64,000 nucleotides of DNA from Sphingobacteriales bacterium (GCA_027483645.1 JAIXUD010000017.1:19083-83082), one strand, 5' to 3'. Shown: positions 1 through 10,973, counted from the first letter of the stretch. The notes: generated by a model not told the origin, from the letters alone. Numbers and translations: made by a program.

Positions 1-1905
1 CCAACCACGAGTTTGATCCACCCCTTCGCTAATGAAATCGGCAGGGAAGCTGCTCTTGAACTTATCCAAGTTCTCAAAAGGATAATGCCACTGCGCATAC
101 GGCATGGCACCGCTATCAAACCATACGTCCACCAAGTCGGCCTCGCGGCGCATTGACTTGCCCGATGCGGCGGATACCAGCACCACCTCATCCACATACG
201 GCTTGTGCAAGTCAAAGTCGGCAGGCAGCTGGGCAGCCATTGCGCCTTTCTCCACAGCATAAGCCACCTGCTCGCGCAGCTCCGCTATCGAGCCAATGCA
301 CAGCTCTTCGGTAGCGTCTTCTGTGCGCCAAATAGGTAACGGGGTGCCCCAGTAGCGACTACGGCTCAGGTTCCAGTCCACCAAGTTTTCCAGCCAGTTA
401 CCGAAACGGCCCGTGCCGGTAGCGCTAGGTTTCCAGTTGATGGATTTGTTCAGCTCCACCAAACGATCTTTCACCGCCGTAGTGCGGATGAACCAGCTAT
501 CCAACGGATAGTACAAGATTGGTTTGTTGGTACGCCAGCAATGTGGGTAGTTGTGCTCGTACTTCTCTACCTTAAATGCTTTGTTGGCCAATTTTAGCTT
601 GTAGGTAATCTGCTCATCGGCGCTCATGTATTTGGTAAGCGCTATTTCGGTATATTTTGCTTTTTGCTTGTCAAGCTGTTGCACCAGTTCGTCGGCACTG
701 TAGTAGTCAGCCTTTACATATTCTCCAGCAAAGTCGGTTACTTCCTCTGTAAACTTACCTTGGCGGTTCACTAAAGTGAGCGAGCCAATGCCGTTTTGCT
801 TGGCCACGCGCATATCATCCGCACCAAAGCTAGGCGCGATATGCACGATGCCGGTACCGTCTTCGGTAGTCACAAAGTCGCCAAGGATAACGTGGAACGC
901 ATCGCCATCGGTAGGTTGTGCATACTGCAGCAGTTGCTCGTAGCGGATGCCTTCGAGGTCTTTGCCTTTAAATTCGCTTACTACTTGATAAGGGATGTCT
1001 TTCTGGCCCGCTTCGTAAGTCGCTAAATCAAGTCCTGCATTCTCTTCTTTAAAGTACTTGCCAAACAAGTCCTTAGCCAACACTACCGATATTGGTTGGA
1101 AGGTATAAGGGTTATAGGTTTTTACTTTTACATAGGTTACGTTTCCGCCCACTGCCAGCGCAGTGTTGCTCGGCAAAGTCCATGGCGTAGTTGTCCAAGC
1201 AAGGATGCACAACTGCTCGTTGGCATCGGTGTAAAACGACTCCGATTTATCATTCCTTACCACCTTAAACTGTGCCACAGCCGAAGTATCCTTCACATTC
1301 TTATAGCAGCCCGGCAAGTTCAGCTCATGCGAGCTCAAGCCCGTACCCGCCGCTGGCGAAAACGGTTGTATGGTGTAGCCCTTGTAGAGTAGGTCTTTTT
1401 TGTAAAGCTCCTTCAATATCCACCAAAGCGTCTCGATGTAGTTGTTTTCGTAGGTAATGTACGGATCGTTCAAATCAACCCAATAGCCCATTTGCTGGGT
1501 AAGGCGGTTCCATACGTCGGTAAACTTCATTACATCTTTGCGGCAAGCCTCGTTGTAGTCGGCCACGCTGATGCTTTTGCCGATGTCTTCTTTGGTAATG
1601 CCGAGCTGTTTCTCCACACCCAGCTCCACGGGCAGGCCGTGGGTATCCCAACCGCCCTTGCGGTCTACCTTAAAGCCTTTGAGGGTTTTGTAGCGGCAAA
1701 ACAAATCCTTGATGGTGCGCGCCATTACGTGGTGGATGCCGGGCATACCGTTGGCCGATGGCGGACCTTCGTAAAACACAAAGTTGGGCGAGCCCTCGCG
1801 GTTGGTTACGCTGCGCTCAAACACCTGCTCGGCTTGCCAAAAATCGAGTATCTGTTTATCAATGGCGGGCAGGTTAAGGCCCTTATATTCGGGGTAATTT
1901 TTCAT
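1..1905 (-). CDS. ileS: Isoleucyl-tRNA synthetase type 2 (5' part; runs off window start)
   Basis: Manual translation from ATG at 1905: MKNYPEYKGLNLPAID...FVFYEGPPSANGMPGIHHVMARTIKD...GWDTHGLPVE...WTTTPWTLPSN...DWNLSRSRYWGTP. Missing from the ORF track because its stop lies outside the window. Confidence 0.97.
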   Translation of the reverse strand, partial: MKNYPEYKGLNLPAIDKQILDFWQAEQVFERSVTNREGSPNFVFYEGPPSANGMPGIHHVMARTIKDLFCRYKTLKGFKVDRKGGWDTHGLPVELGVEKQLGITKEDIGKSISVADYNEACRKDVMKFTDVWNRLTQQMGYWVDLNDPYITYENNYIETLWWILKELYKKDLLYKGYTIQPFSPAAGTGLSSHELNLPGCYKNVKDTSAVAQFKVVRNDKSESFYTDANEQLCILAWTTTPWTLPSNTALAVGGNVTYVKVKTYNPYTFQPISVVLAKDLFGKYFKEENAGLDLATYEAGQKDIPYQVVSEFKGKDLEGIRYEQLLQYAQPTDGDAFHVILGDFVTTEDGTGIVHIAPSFGADDMRVAKQNGIGSLTLVNRQGKFTEEVTDFAGEYVKADYYSADELVQQLDKQKAKYTEIALTKYMSADEQITYKLKLANKAFKVEKYEHNYPHCWRTNKPILYYPLDSWFIRTTAVKDRLVELNKSINWKPSATGTGRFGNWLENLVDWNLSRSRYWGTPLPIWRTEDATEELCIGSIAELREQVAYAVEKGAMAAQLPADFDLHKPYVDEVVLVSAASGKSMRREADLVDVWFDSGAMPYAQWHYPFENLDKFKSSFPADFISEGVDQTRGW

Positions 1906-2033
1906 ATCGATTTTCTATTTGTCACAAAGGCGAGGCCTAGTTCACAATGGATATGTTGTAGAGCTAGACCTCGCCGGGCGAAATTAAGTAATTGGATGCC
2001 AAATTAATGAAAGTGATTTGATAATAAAGGCTT

Positions 2034-3365
2034 TTATGCAGCCATGGCATCCGTAGAGCTGTCAGGATTTTTATTGCACCAAATTTTCAATAATTCCTCA
2101 ATGATTTTAATGCCGCGGTGCCCATAGATAAGATGCAGCTCCTTAACACGCTGCTGAATAATGAACATGGCCAAAGTATATGGAGTTTTATCCGCCAAAA
2201 TTGCTTCCTTAAGTAATTGCAAGGTAGTACGATGGATGTTATTTACCATCACTAAAAACTCTGATTGCACTATCCCCATGTGCTCTTGGTAAGCAGAAAA
2301 TACGCCCATCCAATTGATCCAAATTTCTGGCACATAAGTAATACCTTTTTGATGCAATACATCCACTAATTCTGGGCTGGAAAGCTGAGCATTCTCTCCA
2401 CCACAAATAATCTTCACTTGCAAATGCTCAGCTTCGTTTGCGCCAATACTTAAGCTTGTAGCGTTAGGCGAAAAGATATCAGCAGGGGTGCTAATAAATT
2501 GCTGGTAATCAGTTGTATTTGAAACTTGGCTTGGGTAAGCGGATAATAGCTTCTGAACCGATTTTTGATTGTACGGATCAAAAATAACCAAGTTGGCCCC
2601 CGCTTTAGCCAAGCTTTCTGCCAATGGATAACCTACGTTGCCCAAACCTTTAAGGAGTATTTTCTTTCCCTCCAAGGTAGAGTTATCCGAGAATACTACT
2701 TGGCAACTAGCTTCAATTGCCTTAAAAATGCCCATTGCGGTATATGGCGATGGGTTTCCACAGCCACCACTCTTTTGGTTAAGGCAGCTAACGTGAACAC
2801 ACTTCTGCAGCATAGCATCCATATCGGCGCTATTAAGGTTCACATCCTCACCAGCAAGGTAAAGCCCCTGTAATGATGAAACGAAACCGGCCATCTGGTA
2901 CATAACATGCAATCGTGTGGGAGACATGTTACCAAGAATAGACGCTTTGCCCTCATCAATATTCTCAAATATTTTGTGGGTATACGGCATTATTACCGCC
3001 TTTGCGCCACCTTCCCAAATGTTTGCAGCAGCATTTTTTAAGGTCATGCCGTGAGATAAACGCAACACATCGTCAACGCCTTCAGCAAAAGTGCTGTAGT
3101 ATTTTAGTCGTACCCCACCTTCTGGCCGTCCTCTTTTTGATGAATGGATGGAAACAATAAAAATACAGCCCGTACTTTCATCTATTTTAATTAATACTGC
3201 TTCATGATCCTTATACTCTCTTGATTCAATAATATAAGGTATCAAAAAACTGGCTTCGGGGTTGCTACAATGAATTTTCCCGTTGATGTTAGCGACCATG
3301 AAACGATCAACGTTTTTGGAAAGCAGATGCTTCGCTACAAATTCCGTACTGATTTTGGTAGACAT
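2034..3365 (-). CDS. Glu/Leu/Phe/Val dehydrogenase family protein
   Basis: GGVRL, GMTLKN, GGAKAVI, GEDV, GNPSPYTAMG and GLGNVG (NAD-binding) motifs. ATG 3365 preferred over the track start at 3392. Confidence 0.88.
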   Translation of the reverse strand: MSTKISTEFVAKHLLSKNVDRFMVANINGKIHCSNPEASFLIPYIIESREYKDHEAVLIKIDESTGCIFIVSIHSSKRGRPEGGVRLKYYSTFAEGVDDVLRLSHGMTLKNAAANIWEGGAKAVIMPYTHKIFENIDEGKASILGNMSPTRLHVMYQMAGFVSSLQGLYLAGEDVNLNSADMDAMLQKCVHVSCLNQKSGGCGNPSPYTAMGIFKAIEASCQVVFSDNSTLEGKKILLKGLGNVGYPLAESLAKAGANLVIFDPYNQKSVQKLLSAYPSQVSNTTDYQQFISTPADIFSPNATSLSIGANEAEHLQVKIICGGENAQLSSPELVDVLHQKGITYVPEIWINWMGVFSAYQEHMGIVQSEFLVMVNNIHRTTLQLLKEAILADKTPYTLAMFIIQQRVKELHLIYGHRGIKIIEELLKIWCNKNPDSSTDAMAA

Positions 3366-3396
3366 ACTTTTTGGTTTTATTGGGTTAATCAATAAA

Positions 3397-3404
3397 TCAA
3401 AAGT
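3397..3404 (-). promoter_or_regulatory. Bacteroidota -7 promoter box (TACTTTTG) upstream of the dehydrogenase
   Basis: caaaagta on the + strand, about 30 nt before the ATG; matches TAnnTTTG. Confidence 0.5.
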
Positions 3405-3535
3405 ACGGCTATTAAATGATAAATAAAAGTACGTATCACCGCAACTAATTGTAAATCAATTTATTAAAGGTTATCTAGTTTATTAACTTGTAAAGTTAGA
3501 GGGCATATTTATAAAGTCTTTCGAGTTTATAAACT

Positions 3536-5200
3536 TTAGTGCTCCAGCAATAATTCTTTATGGTTTTTCATGAGCACATTTGGTATATCCTTTATTGTAA
3601 AGTGCTTTTTGCTCTCCGATAACTTGTTTACAATAAGTAAATGATGAAAATTCTCGGTTAGTACCTTTGGCAGAACATTAAGCTTTAAAGGGAAAATAAA
3701 AGTAAGCCTACCTAGCTCTATAGCTGCGCCCACTTTTACGAGTGCCGATGAGCTAAGCGAATCGGGCATGATTAATAATGCCATCCTGCTTTCCCGTAAC
3801 TTTTGCAGGTCGTTTTCAAGTATTTTTTTAGGCTCGCTCTCCCAGTGGTTGTCTTTATAATGGCAATTAAATACACGGGGCGAAAAGTAAATTTTCTGTA
3901 TCCCCATACGTTTTAGGGTATCATTTGCCTCATAAATTGTCTCATCTTCCGGCATTGTTTTCTCAATTTCGTGCTCTACGTCCGGAATTTTAAAAAAAGT
4001 ATTACTTATCTCTTTCCGTAATCTTTGTTTTTCACCCTCTTCCATTGAGCCACCCGGCATTATAATAAACAGATCATAGTTTATAATAGTACTGTACTTC
4101 TTTTGGGCAAAAGACTTATCCTTCTGTTTTTTGAAAAACGTTTCCAGCGAATTGAAATCATAAATTCCCTTTGCGCTCTTTGTAAAGTTCTTCCATTTAT
4201 CCTGTAAATATTTGGCGATGGGTGTCGGAATAAATTTTTTCCAATCGGTTTTATGCGAAAGTTCTATTTGCAGTGAATACAACGTGCGGTTGCCGTGCTT
4301 CAACGACAATGGTACAGATACTTCCCTTATTTCTTGGTTCTTGCTTCTTAATTTGGAAACTTCAATTGGTGATTCTATTGTTTTCCCGTGAGCATTCTCC
4401 AATATAAATGTGCCGCTTACAATAAAGTCGCCCACTTCATAATCAATATATTGGCCCAGGAATACGGATTTACTTGTTATGCGAGAAGGAACATACACGC
4501 GTAAATGCAGGTCCTTTTTATCAATATAGTTATTCTTCAGATCAAGGGAAATGACATTTTTACTATAAACTACCGGCTCAACAATTTCAAAATCATTTAC
4601 ATCGTTTGAGCCGAACATTTTCCCTTGCCCCTCACTATCAATATAAAGCACAAATCGGCTAATTGTTGAGCACAGGCATAACGATGAGGGGTTGTATTCG
4701 TGATAATAAAAATACCATAACGTATCAAAGATGTCTGAATCAGCGGAACTTGGGGAAGCCAGTTTTTGCATCTTCGTGGTTGGCTGGCTATTCTCTGCAA
4801 ATAGGGAATCAATGTGCAGGATGAAATCTTCAATTCCCAACTGAGAGCTAGTTTCCGTATTATATCTATCCGTTAAGATTGTTATGGCCTCTCTAAATTT
4901 TTTGCCATCACTATGAATAATCAAGGGATGTCTATCACGATCCTTAAATCGATTTTCCTTATGATAAAACCATTCGAAACAAAGGTGTTTTTGTTTGAGT
5001 TCTAAAACTTTGGCAAAAGAACTACTGTACCTTTTCGCCCAACCTTCCTCACTATTATATGCTACAATAATTTCCTTATGAAAGTCACTTATCAGTTCCC
5101 TCATCGTCCTGTCGTCCTGTGAAACCAATAAGCTATGTGAAACATCAATTAAAAGAATTAATGTTTGGGGATTAATGAAGTTGCTTTTTGGGGAAGCCAT
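3536..5200 (-). CDS. Hypothetical protein with C-terminal nucleoside 2-deoxyribosyltransferase/TIR-like domain
   Basis: 554 aa, AT-rich. C-terminus YDLFIIMP...NDLQKLRES..LLIMP..SSSALVKVGAAIELGR..FIF resembles the NDT flavodoxin-like fold. Confidence 0.5.
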   Translation of the reverse strand: MASPKSNFINPQTLILLIDVSHSLLVSQDDRTMRELISDFHKEIIVAYNSEEGWAKRYSSSFAKVLELKQKHLCFEWFYHKENRFKDRDRHPLIIHSDGKKFREAITILTDRYNTETSSQLGIEDFILHIDSLFAENSQPTTKMQKLASPSSADSDIFDTLWYFYYHEYNPSSLCLCSTISRFVLYIDSEGQGKMFGSNDVNDFEIVEPVVYSKNVISLDLKNNYIDKKDLHLRVYVPSRITSKSVFLGQYIDYEVGDFIVSGTFILENAHGKTIESPIEVSKLRSKNQEIREVSVPLSLKHGNRTLYSLQIELSHKTDWKKFIPTPIAKYLQDKWKNFTKSAKGIYDFNSLETFFKKQKDKSFAQKKYSTIINYDLFIIMPGGSMEEGEKQRLRKEISNTFFKIPDVEHEIEKTMPEDETIYEANDTLKRMGIQKIYFSPRVFNCHYKDNHWESEPKKILENDLQKLRESRMALLIMPDSLSSSALVKVGAAIELGRLTFIFPLKLNVLPKVLTENFHHLLIVNKLSESKKHFTIKDIPNVLMKNHKELLLEH

Positions 5201-5400
5201 AGTGGGGCATATAGTTGACGTAACCTAATATGGCAAATATAGAATAATAATACCTCTATTATTCTTTTTCTTGGTATTTGTATTTATTCGTGTAACCTGA
5301 TCTGTTCAATGCTAATAGGACAAAACACAAAACTGGCAGGGGTAAGCATTAAGCTAGCATTGGTAATAGCAATAAACTACAGAAATTAAACTCCTAAATC

Positions 5401-7755
5401 CTATGCCTTCCCCATCAAGTGCCGCTTACGCTTCGGCACCCTGTCAAACATTAGCAACAAAGCTGGCAGCAGCAGCAAGTTCGCAAACAAAGAGGCTATT
5501 AATGTAATGGAAATAAGCAGCCCCATATACTTCGTTCCATCAAAATTGGAAGCTATGAAGGTACTGAAACCAAAGAAAAGGATAAGCGAGGTATAGATAA
5601 TACTCACGCCACTTTCGCGAAGGGTAAAGGAAATGGTGTGGGGAATGTTCCAAAGGTGCCGCTCCAAATCGAGCTTATACTTGGCGAGGAAGTGGATGGT
5701 ATTATCCACCGATATGCCGAACGCGACACTGAACACCAATACGGTAGAGGGCTTGAGCGGAATATCCCAATAGCCCATAAGCCCAGCAGTAAGCAACAGG
5801 GGTATTAAGTTCGGTATCAATGATATGATAAGCATGCGCACACTGCGGAACATAAAGGCCATGATACCGGCAATTAATGCCAAAGCGCTAATTACACTGC
5901 TCACCAAGCCTTGGGTAAGGTAGGCATTGCCTTCCATCACTACTATGCTGGTGCCAGTATAGCTTACATTATACTCATCTTTAGGGAAGATAGGCAGGAA
6001 GATACTATCCAAAGCCGCGTACAATTCAGATAAGCGGTTGGAGCCAATATCCGGTATCTGCACACTAATGCGCGCAATACTGCGGGTGCTATCCATAAAG
6101 TTGTTAATGATACTGCCTTGGCCTTGCTGGGTAGTATCATTCCCCGTATTCTGTAAGTAGGTAAAGATGAAGGTGCCTTCTGGTGCCAAACCGCCGGTTT
6201 TCGGCAAGCGGTAGCGCTCCGGGTTGCCGTTGTAGTAGGCTTGGGTAATGAATTTCAACCCATTTACTACAGACATTGGCTTGCCAAAAAACTCACTATT
6301 ACTCATGGATTCTTGGGCCTCTTCAATCTTTTTCAAATTGGCAGGCTTCATTACACCACCCTTCTCCTTGGTATCAATCAATATCTCCAAAGGCATTACC
6401 CCCGTGAAATGTTTCTCCAAAAACTTCAGGTCGCGGTAGGCGTCCGATGATTTAGGTACATCATCCAAAATATAGCCACGGGTTTTCAATAAAGTAACAC
6501 CATAGCCAGAAACCAGCATCACAACAATAGAAATGGCAATAATCCCCTTAGGGTGTTTTTGGGTTACGCTATCCAGTTGGTTGAGGGAGCCTTGCAGGGC
6601 CTTCCTATCCAAATGCTTTATGTGGCGCGCCTTTGGCACTGGCAAATAGCTAAAAATTACCGGTATTGCTATTAGTGAAATAAAGAATAGCAGCGCAGTC
6701 ATAATACCTGCTATCAAACCAAACTCCTCCAACATTCTACTGCCGGTAAAGCAAAATACCCAGAACCCGATAGCCGTTGTAAGATTTACAAAGAACGTTG
6801 TATAACCAATACGCGTAATCATGTTGGCAAGTGCACGCACCTTGTTGCCGTGCTTGGCGTATTCGCTGTGGTATTTATTAATAAGGTATATGCAATTGGG
6901 TATACCCGTAATGATAATTAGATTGGGGATAAGGGCTGTAAGTATATTGATTTTATAACCGAATATCACCAAGAAACCCATTGTCCATACCACGCCTATA
7001 CCTACCACCACCATGGAGAAAAACACCACCGTTACTGAACGGAATAGCAGCATAAGCACGGCAATCAACACAATTACCGCTACAATAAGTACTTGGGCAA
7101 GTTCGCGCTGTATAAGCTCTAGCCTATAAGTACGGATAACGGGTAAGCCACTTCGGTGTACCGTTGTTTTGGTACTTACTTCAAAATTATCGGCCATGGC
7201 CTCAATACGCCTTTCCAGGGCAAGTTTGGCCTTTAGCTCTAGTTTTTTCTCCTGCAATGGTATTACCATTACCGTTACATCCGAGCCCTCATTGTATACC
7301 AAACCATGGTAAAAAGGCATACGTTTCCACTCTTCCTCAATAGCGGCTACTTCCGCATCGGTGGTTGGTGCCTGTGCTGGAAACTTCTGTACCACAAACT
7401 TTCTTTCTTCGGTATCTTTACCTAAGGAAATACCATGCGCTATGCTGAGTAACTGCCCAACCCCATCGAGTGATTGAATGCTATCTCCAAGCGTTTTCCA
7501 GCGATTGTAAAACTTTAAATCGAACAAGGGCTTGTGCTCAACCGCCAGTACCATAAGGTTGCCTTGCTGGCCAAACTCGGCCAAAAAGCTTCGCAAATCC
7601 TTCATGCTTTGGTGGTCTTCGGGTATTACCCGGCTTATCTCGTAGTCGGTCTGTATCTTCGACCCTAGCACGCCCATCAACACTGTTGATAGTATCAGAA
7701 ACACTCCTAGGAGCGTGCGATAACGCAGAATAAATTTGGCTATTGGGTACCACAT
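5401..7755 (-). CDS. MMPL/RND family transporter
   Basis: Two halves, each with a periplasmic domain and multiple TM helices; GISVDNTIHF motif. Confidence 0.9.
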   Translation of the reverse strand: MWYPIAKFILRYRTLLGVFLILSTVLMGVLGSKIQTDYEISRVIPEDHQSMKDLRSFLAEFGQQGNLMVLAVEHKPLFDLKFYNRWKTLGDSIQSLDGVGQLLSIAHGISLGKDTEERKFVVQKFPAQAPTTDAEVAAIEEEWKRMPFYHGLVYNEGSDVTVMVIPLQEKKLELKAKLALERRIEAMADNFEVSTKTTVHRSGLPVIRTYRLELIQRELAQVLIVAVIVLIAVLMLLFRSVTVVFFSMVVVGIGVVWTMGFLVIFGYKINILTALIPNLIIITGIPNCIYLINKYHSEYAKHGNKVRALANMITRIGYTTFFVNLTTAIGFWVFCFTGSRMLEEFGLIAGIMTALLFFISLIAIPVIFSYLPVPKARHIKHLDRKALQGSLNQLDSVTQKHPKGIIAISIVVMLVSGYGVTLLKTRGYILDDVPKSSDAYRDLKFLEKHFTGVMPLEILIDTKEKGGVMKPANLKKIEEAQESMSNSEFFGKPMSVVNGLKFITQAYYNGNPERYRLPKTGGLAPEGTFIFTYLQNTGNDTTQQGQGSIINNFMDSTRSIARISVQIPDIGSNRLSELYAALDSIFLPIFPKDEYNVSYTGTSIVVMEGNAYLTQGLVSSVISALALIAGIMAFMFRSVRMLIISLIPNLIPLLLTAGLMGYWDIPLKPSTVLVFSVAFGISVDNTIHFLAKYKLDLERHLWNIPHTISFTLRESGVSIIYTSLILFFGFSTFIASNFDGTKYMGLLISITLIASLFANLLLLPALLLMFDRVPKRKRHLMGKA

Positions 7756-7910
7756 AGCAGTTCAAAAGAGCGTCAAAGTTAGTACATTGTGCTAGAAATA
7801 AGGTAAAGGCCTTGTTATCTTTGTGGCACGGGTGCCTTTTGCACCTTGTATAATAAGCATTGCAGTTAGTGCGTTTTATGCGCGAGCGTTCATCCATTTT
7901 TAGCCCTGTT

Positions 7911-10211
7911 ATGAGGTATTGTTTTTTGGTTATACTGTTTGCATTACTAAGTTGTAGCACCGTTTGGTCTCAAAACCTAAGTATAGGGCAATGGTACGCG
8001 CATCTGCCTCACGAAGGCGGTAGAAAAGTGATTGATACTGGTGACGAAATATTTGTGCTTACCGACGTTTATTACTTTTCTTACAACAAAACCACTGGTA
8101 ATATTCAGCGATTCGATAAAGTTTCGGGGCTAAACGATGTACAAGTTGACCATTTGGTATACGGTGAGCAGGTGGATGCTTTAATAATTGCCTACCAGAA
8201 TACCAACATCGATATAATAAAGAATGGCAACACCATTATCAACGTATCCGACATTTTGCGCAAGAGCATAAGCGGTGTAAAAGAAATTAATGCCGTATTA
8301 ATTGAAGATAGCATAGCCTACTTTGCCACAACCTTCGGTATTGCAGTGTTCGATATTGAAAAAGAAGAATTTAGGGATACTTACATCATTGGCGATGATG
8401 GCCGGCAGGTAAGTGTTATTGATGTTTCTTTTGAAGCCGACAGTATGTATGCCCTTACCAGTGAAGGATTGAAGAAAGCACCTTCGACCGGTGCTAATTT
8501 GGCCAACTACCAAAACTGGGAGAACATTGGTAATGCTAGCGGCCTGCCCGTTTCTAATGGCAGGGCACTGGAAATGGTGGGCGACACTACCTACATCCTG
8601 TTTAGCGATTCCGTATACAGAGGCGTAAACGGAAACTGGCAGTTTTACTACGCCGACACTACCCATGTCATTAATACCATTAAAGCCACTAACAACATTT
8701 TGTACATCCTTGAGTCAGACTCAGTGCCACTAGGCCGGTTAACTTACAACAACAATGGCAATTGGGAGTACATTGGCGATGGCCAACTAAACATACCTAG
8801 TGATGTAACCCAAGATAGTAACGGCATACTTTGGGTAGCTGATGGATATAAGAGTTTGGTAAAAATTGAGCCCGGTGGTGCATTGACCAGTATAGTACCA
8901 AATGGCCCTAATTCATTTGCTATTACTGGGATGAGCTACAAAAACGGTGCGCTGTGGGTAGCACCCGGCGGCGCTGGAAGCAACTGGAACTATATCCTCA
9001 ACTATAAAGGTTTTTCTTCGCTTCAAAATAATTTTTGGAGCCAATACAACCGCTTTAATGTTCCGCTGCTAGAAGAGGTACTTAATATTTTTGCAGTAAC
9101 AACCAGCCCAGTGACCGACAAAATCTACTTCGGCTCCTATTGGGATGGCGTGCTAATATGGGATGGTGCAACAATCGTAAAATTCAATAAGGATAATACC
9201 AACGGCGTACTAAAAGGCACTATTGGTGATGAGCAGCGTACCCGCATAAGCAGCCTAACCTTGGATGATGCTGGCAACCTATGGGTGAGCAACTATGGCT
9301 CGCCCACGCCCCTCTCTGCTTACACCACTGATGGCACATGGGTAGGTATGAGAACACCATCAATCAATTCGGGCGTAATAAGTAAAGTAGTAATAGATGA
9401 TTTCAACCAAAAATGGGCAGTAATACCTAACCAAGGCCTACTGGTGTATAACCATGGTGCCGACATTGCAAATACCAGCGATGATGAAGGGAGAATATTA
9501 ACCTCGGCGACTGGCAATGGCGCCTTGCCAAATAACGACGTGGTATCAGTAGCAAAAGATAAACAAGGCCAGATTTGGGTAGGTACCTCGCAAGGGTTGG
9601 CTATATTTTATTGCGCTGGTTCGGTGCTTTCGCAAGGCTGCGATGCACAGCGCATTATAGTAAGCCGAGACGGCTTTAATGGCTACTTGCTGGAAAACGA
9701 ACGTATCAACTACATATTGGTGGATGGTGCTGATAGAAAATGGGTAGCTACCAATAATGGCTTATGGGTTTTTTCGCCAGATGGTACCGAAGAGCTGGCA
9801 TACTACACCCAAGAAAATAGCCCATTGCTTTCTGATAATGTAATCTCATTGGGCTACGACGGCGAACATGGTGTAATGTACATTAGTACCGACCGAGGGC
9901 TAATGTCGCTGCGTACCGAAGCTACCGAAGGAACTATTACCTATATTGACCCAATAGAAGTTTTCCCTAACCCGATAAGGGAAACCTACAGCGGCCCAAT
10001 AGCCATTCGTGGTTTACCTAGCGATGCCGAAGTGCGTATTACAGATGTAACCGGTATGCTCATTTATCAAACCCAGGCCTTTGGCGGACAAGCCGTATGG
10101 GATGGGAAAGATTACACGGGCCGTAAAGCCAAAACCGGCGTTTACTTGGTGTTCTCAGTAAATGAGGACGGAACGGAATCAAAACCTACCAAGCTCCTCT
10201 TCATCAAATAA
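7911..10211 (+). CDS. porZ: Type IX secretion system protein PorZ-like (beta-propellers plus CTD)
   Basis: Signal peptide, IGQWYAHLP start, D..G.LW propeller repeats, C-terminal VFPNP..WDGKD..GVYLV; directly upstream of recO. TATCTTTG box at about 7817. Confidence 0.85.
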   Translation: MRYCFLVILFALLSCSTVWSQNLSIGQWYAHLPHEGGRKVIDTGDEIFVLTDVYYFSYNKTTGNIQRFDKVSGLNDVQVDHLVYGEQVDALIIAYQNTNIDIIKNGNTIINVSDILRKSISGVKEINAVLIEDSIAYFATTFGIAVFDIEKEEFRDTYIIGDDGRQVSVIDVSFEADSMYALTSEGLKKAPSTGANLANYQNWENIGNASGLPVSNGRALEMVGDTTYILFSDSVYRGVNGNWQFYYADTTHVINTIKATNNILYILESDSVPLGRLTYNNNGNWEYIGDGQLNIPSDVTQDSNGILWVADGYKSLVKIEPGGALTSIVPNGPNSFAITGMSYKNGALWVAPGGAGSNWNYILNYKGFSSLQNNFWSQYNRFNVPLLEEVLNIFAVTTSPVTDKIYFGSYWDGVLIWDGATIVKFNKDNTNGVLKGTIGDEQRTRISSLTLDDAGNLWVSNYGSPTPLSAYTTDGTWVGMRTPSINSGVISKVVIDDFNQKWAVIPNQGLLVYNHGADIANTSDDEGRILTSATGNGALPNNDVVSVAKDKQGQIWVGTSQGLAIFYCAGSVLSQGCDAQRIIVSRDGFNGYLLENERINYILVDGADRKWVATNNGLWVFSPDGTEELAYYTQENSPLLSDNVISLGYDGEHGVMYISTDRGLMSLRTEATEGTITYIDPIEVFPNPIRETYSGPIAIRGLPSDAEVRITDVTGMLIYQTQAFGGQAVWDGKDYTGRKAKTGVYLVFSVNEDGTESKPTKLLFIK

Positions 10212-10232
10212 CAACCCTATCTTTAACCGCTG

Positions 10233-10940
10233 ATGCTGGTTAAAACGAATGGGATAGTGCTGCATACCATTAAATACTCCGAAACGAGTATCGTAAGCCG
10301 CATATTCACCCGCGAGCTGGGCCTGCAATCGTATATGGTGAACGGTGTGCGAGGCGCTAAAGGCAATAAAGCCGCTTTGTTTAGGGCAGGCAATGTGTTG
10401 GAGGTCGTATCTTATTTCAAACGGGAGCACAAAGGATTGCAGCGCCTCAAGGAATACAACTTTGGCATTATCTATCAGCAAATCCCTTTCCATATTATTA
10501 AAAGCTCATTGGCACTATTCCTTATCGATATATTGAACAAGGTGATAAAGGAAGAGGAACCTCACCCCGAGCTATACGACTTTGTAGAAAGCTCTTTCCA
10601 ACAGTTGGATGACACATCGGTGGAACTGGGTAATTACCATTTGCGGTTTTTAGCAGGGCTGGCCCAAGAGCTCGGCTTCCACCCCGGTGGCAGTTATAAT
10701 ACGGCGAAGCCTTATTTGGACTTAAAGGAAGGGCATTTCTTAATTGGTCCACCCGCGCATCCCCTTTATTTAGAACCCCACTTAGCTGCCTTCTTTTATA
10801 ATGCCGAAACGGCCCCACTGTCCATGGGCGATAAGCGTGTACTACTGGATAAGGTGTTGCAATTTTATGCAGCCCATATTGAAAACTTCGGGACGGTAAA
10901 ATCGTGGGACATACTGCGAGAAGTGTTGGCAAACAAATAG
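10233..10940 (+). CDS. recO: DNA repair protein RecO
   Basis: KTNGIVLHTIKYSETSIV..FTRELG N-terminal OB fold; LGFHP and DLKEG motifs. Confidence 0.93.
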   Translation: MLVKTNGIVLHTIKYSETSIVSRIFTRELGLQSYMVNGVRGAKGNKAALFRAGNVLEVVSYFKREHKGLQRLKEYNFGIIYQQIPFHIIKSSLALFLIDILNKVIKEEEPHPELYDFVESSFQQLDDTSVELGNYHLRFLAGLAQELGFHPGGSYNTAKPYLDLKEGHFLIGPPAHPLYLEPHLAAFFYNAETAPLSMGDKRVLLDKVLQFYAAHIENFGTVKSWDILREVLANK

Positions 10941-10973
10941 ATTAGTAGATTTACAGAAACAGCATCTAATAAA

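Noticed and set aside
796-2007. Plus-strand ORFs in the track over 796-2007
   Set aside because: Antisense shadows of ileS, which occupies 1-1905 on the minus strand.
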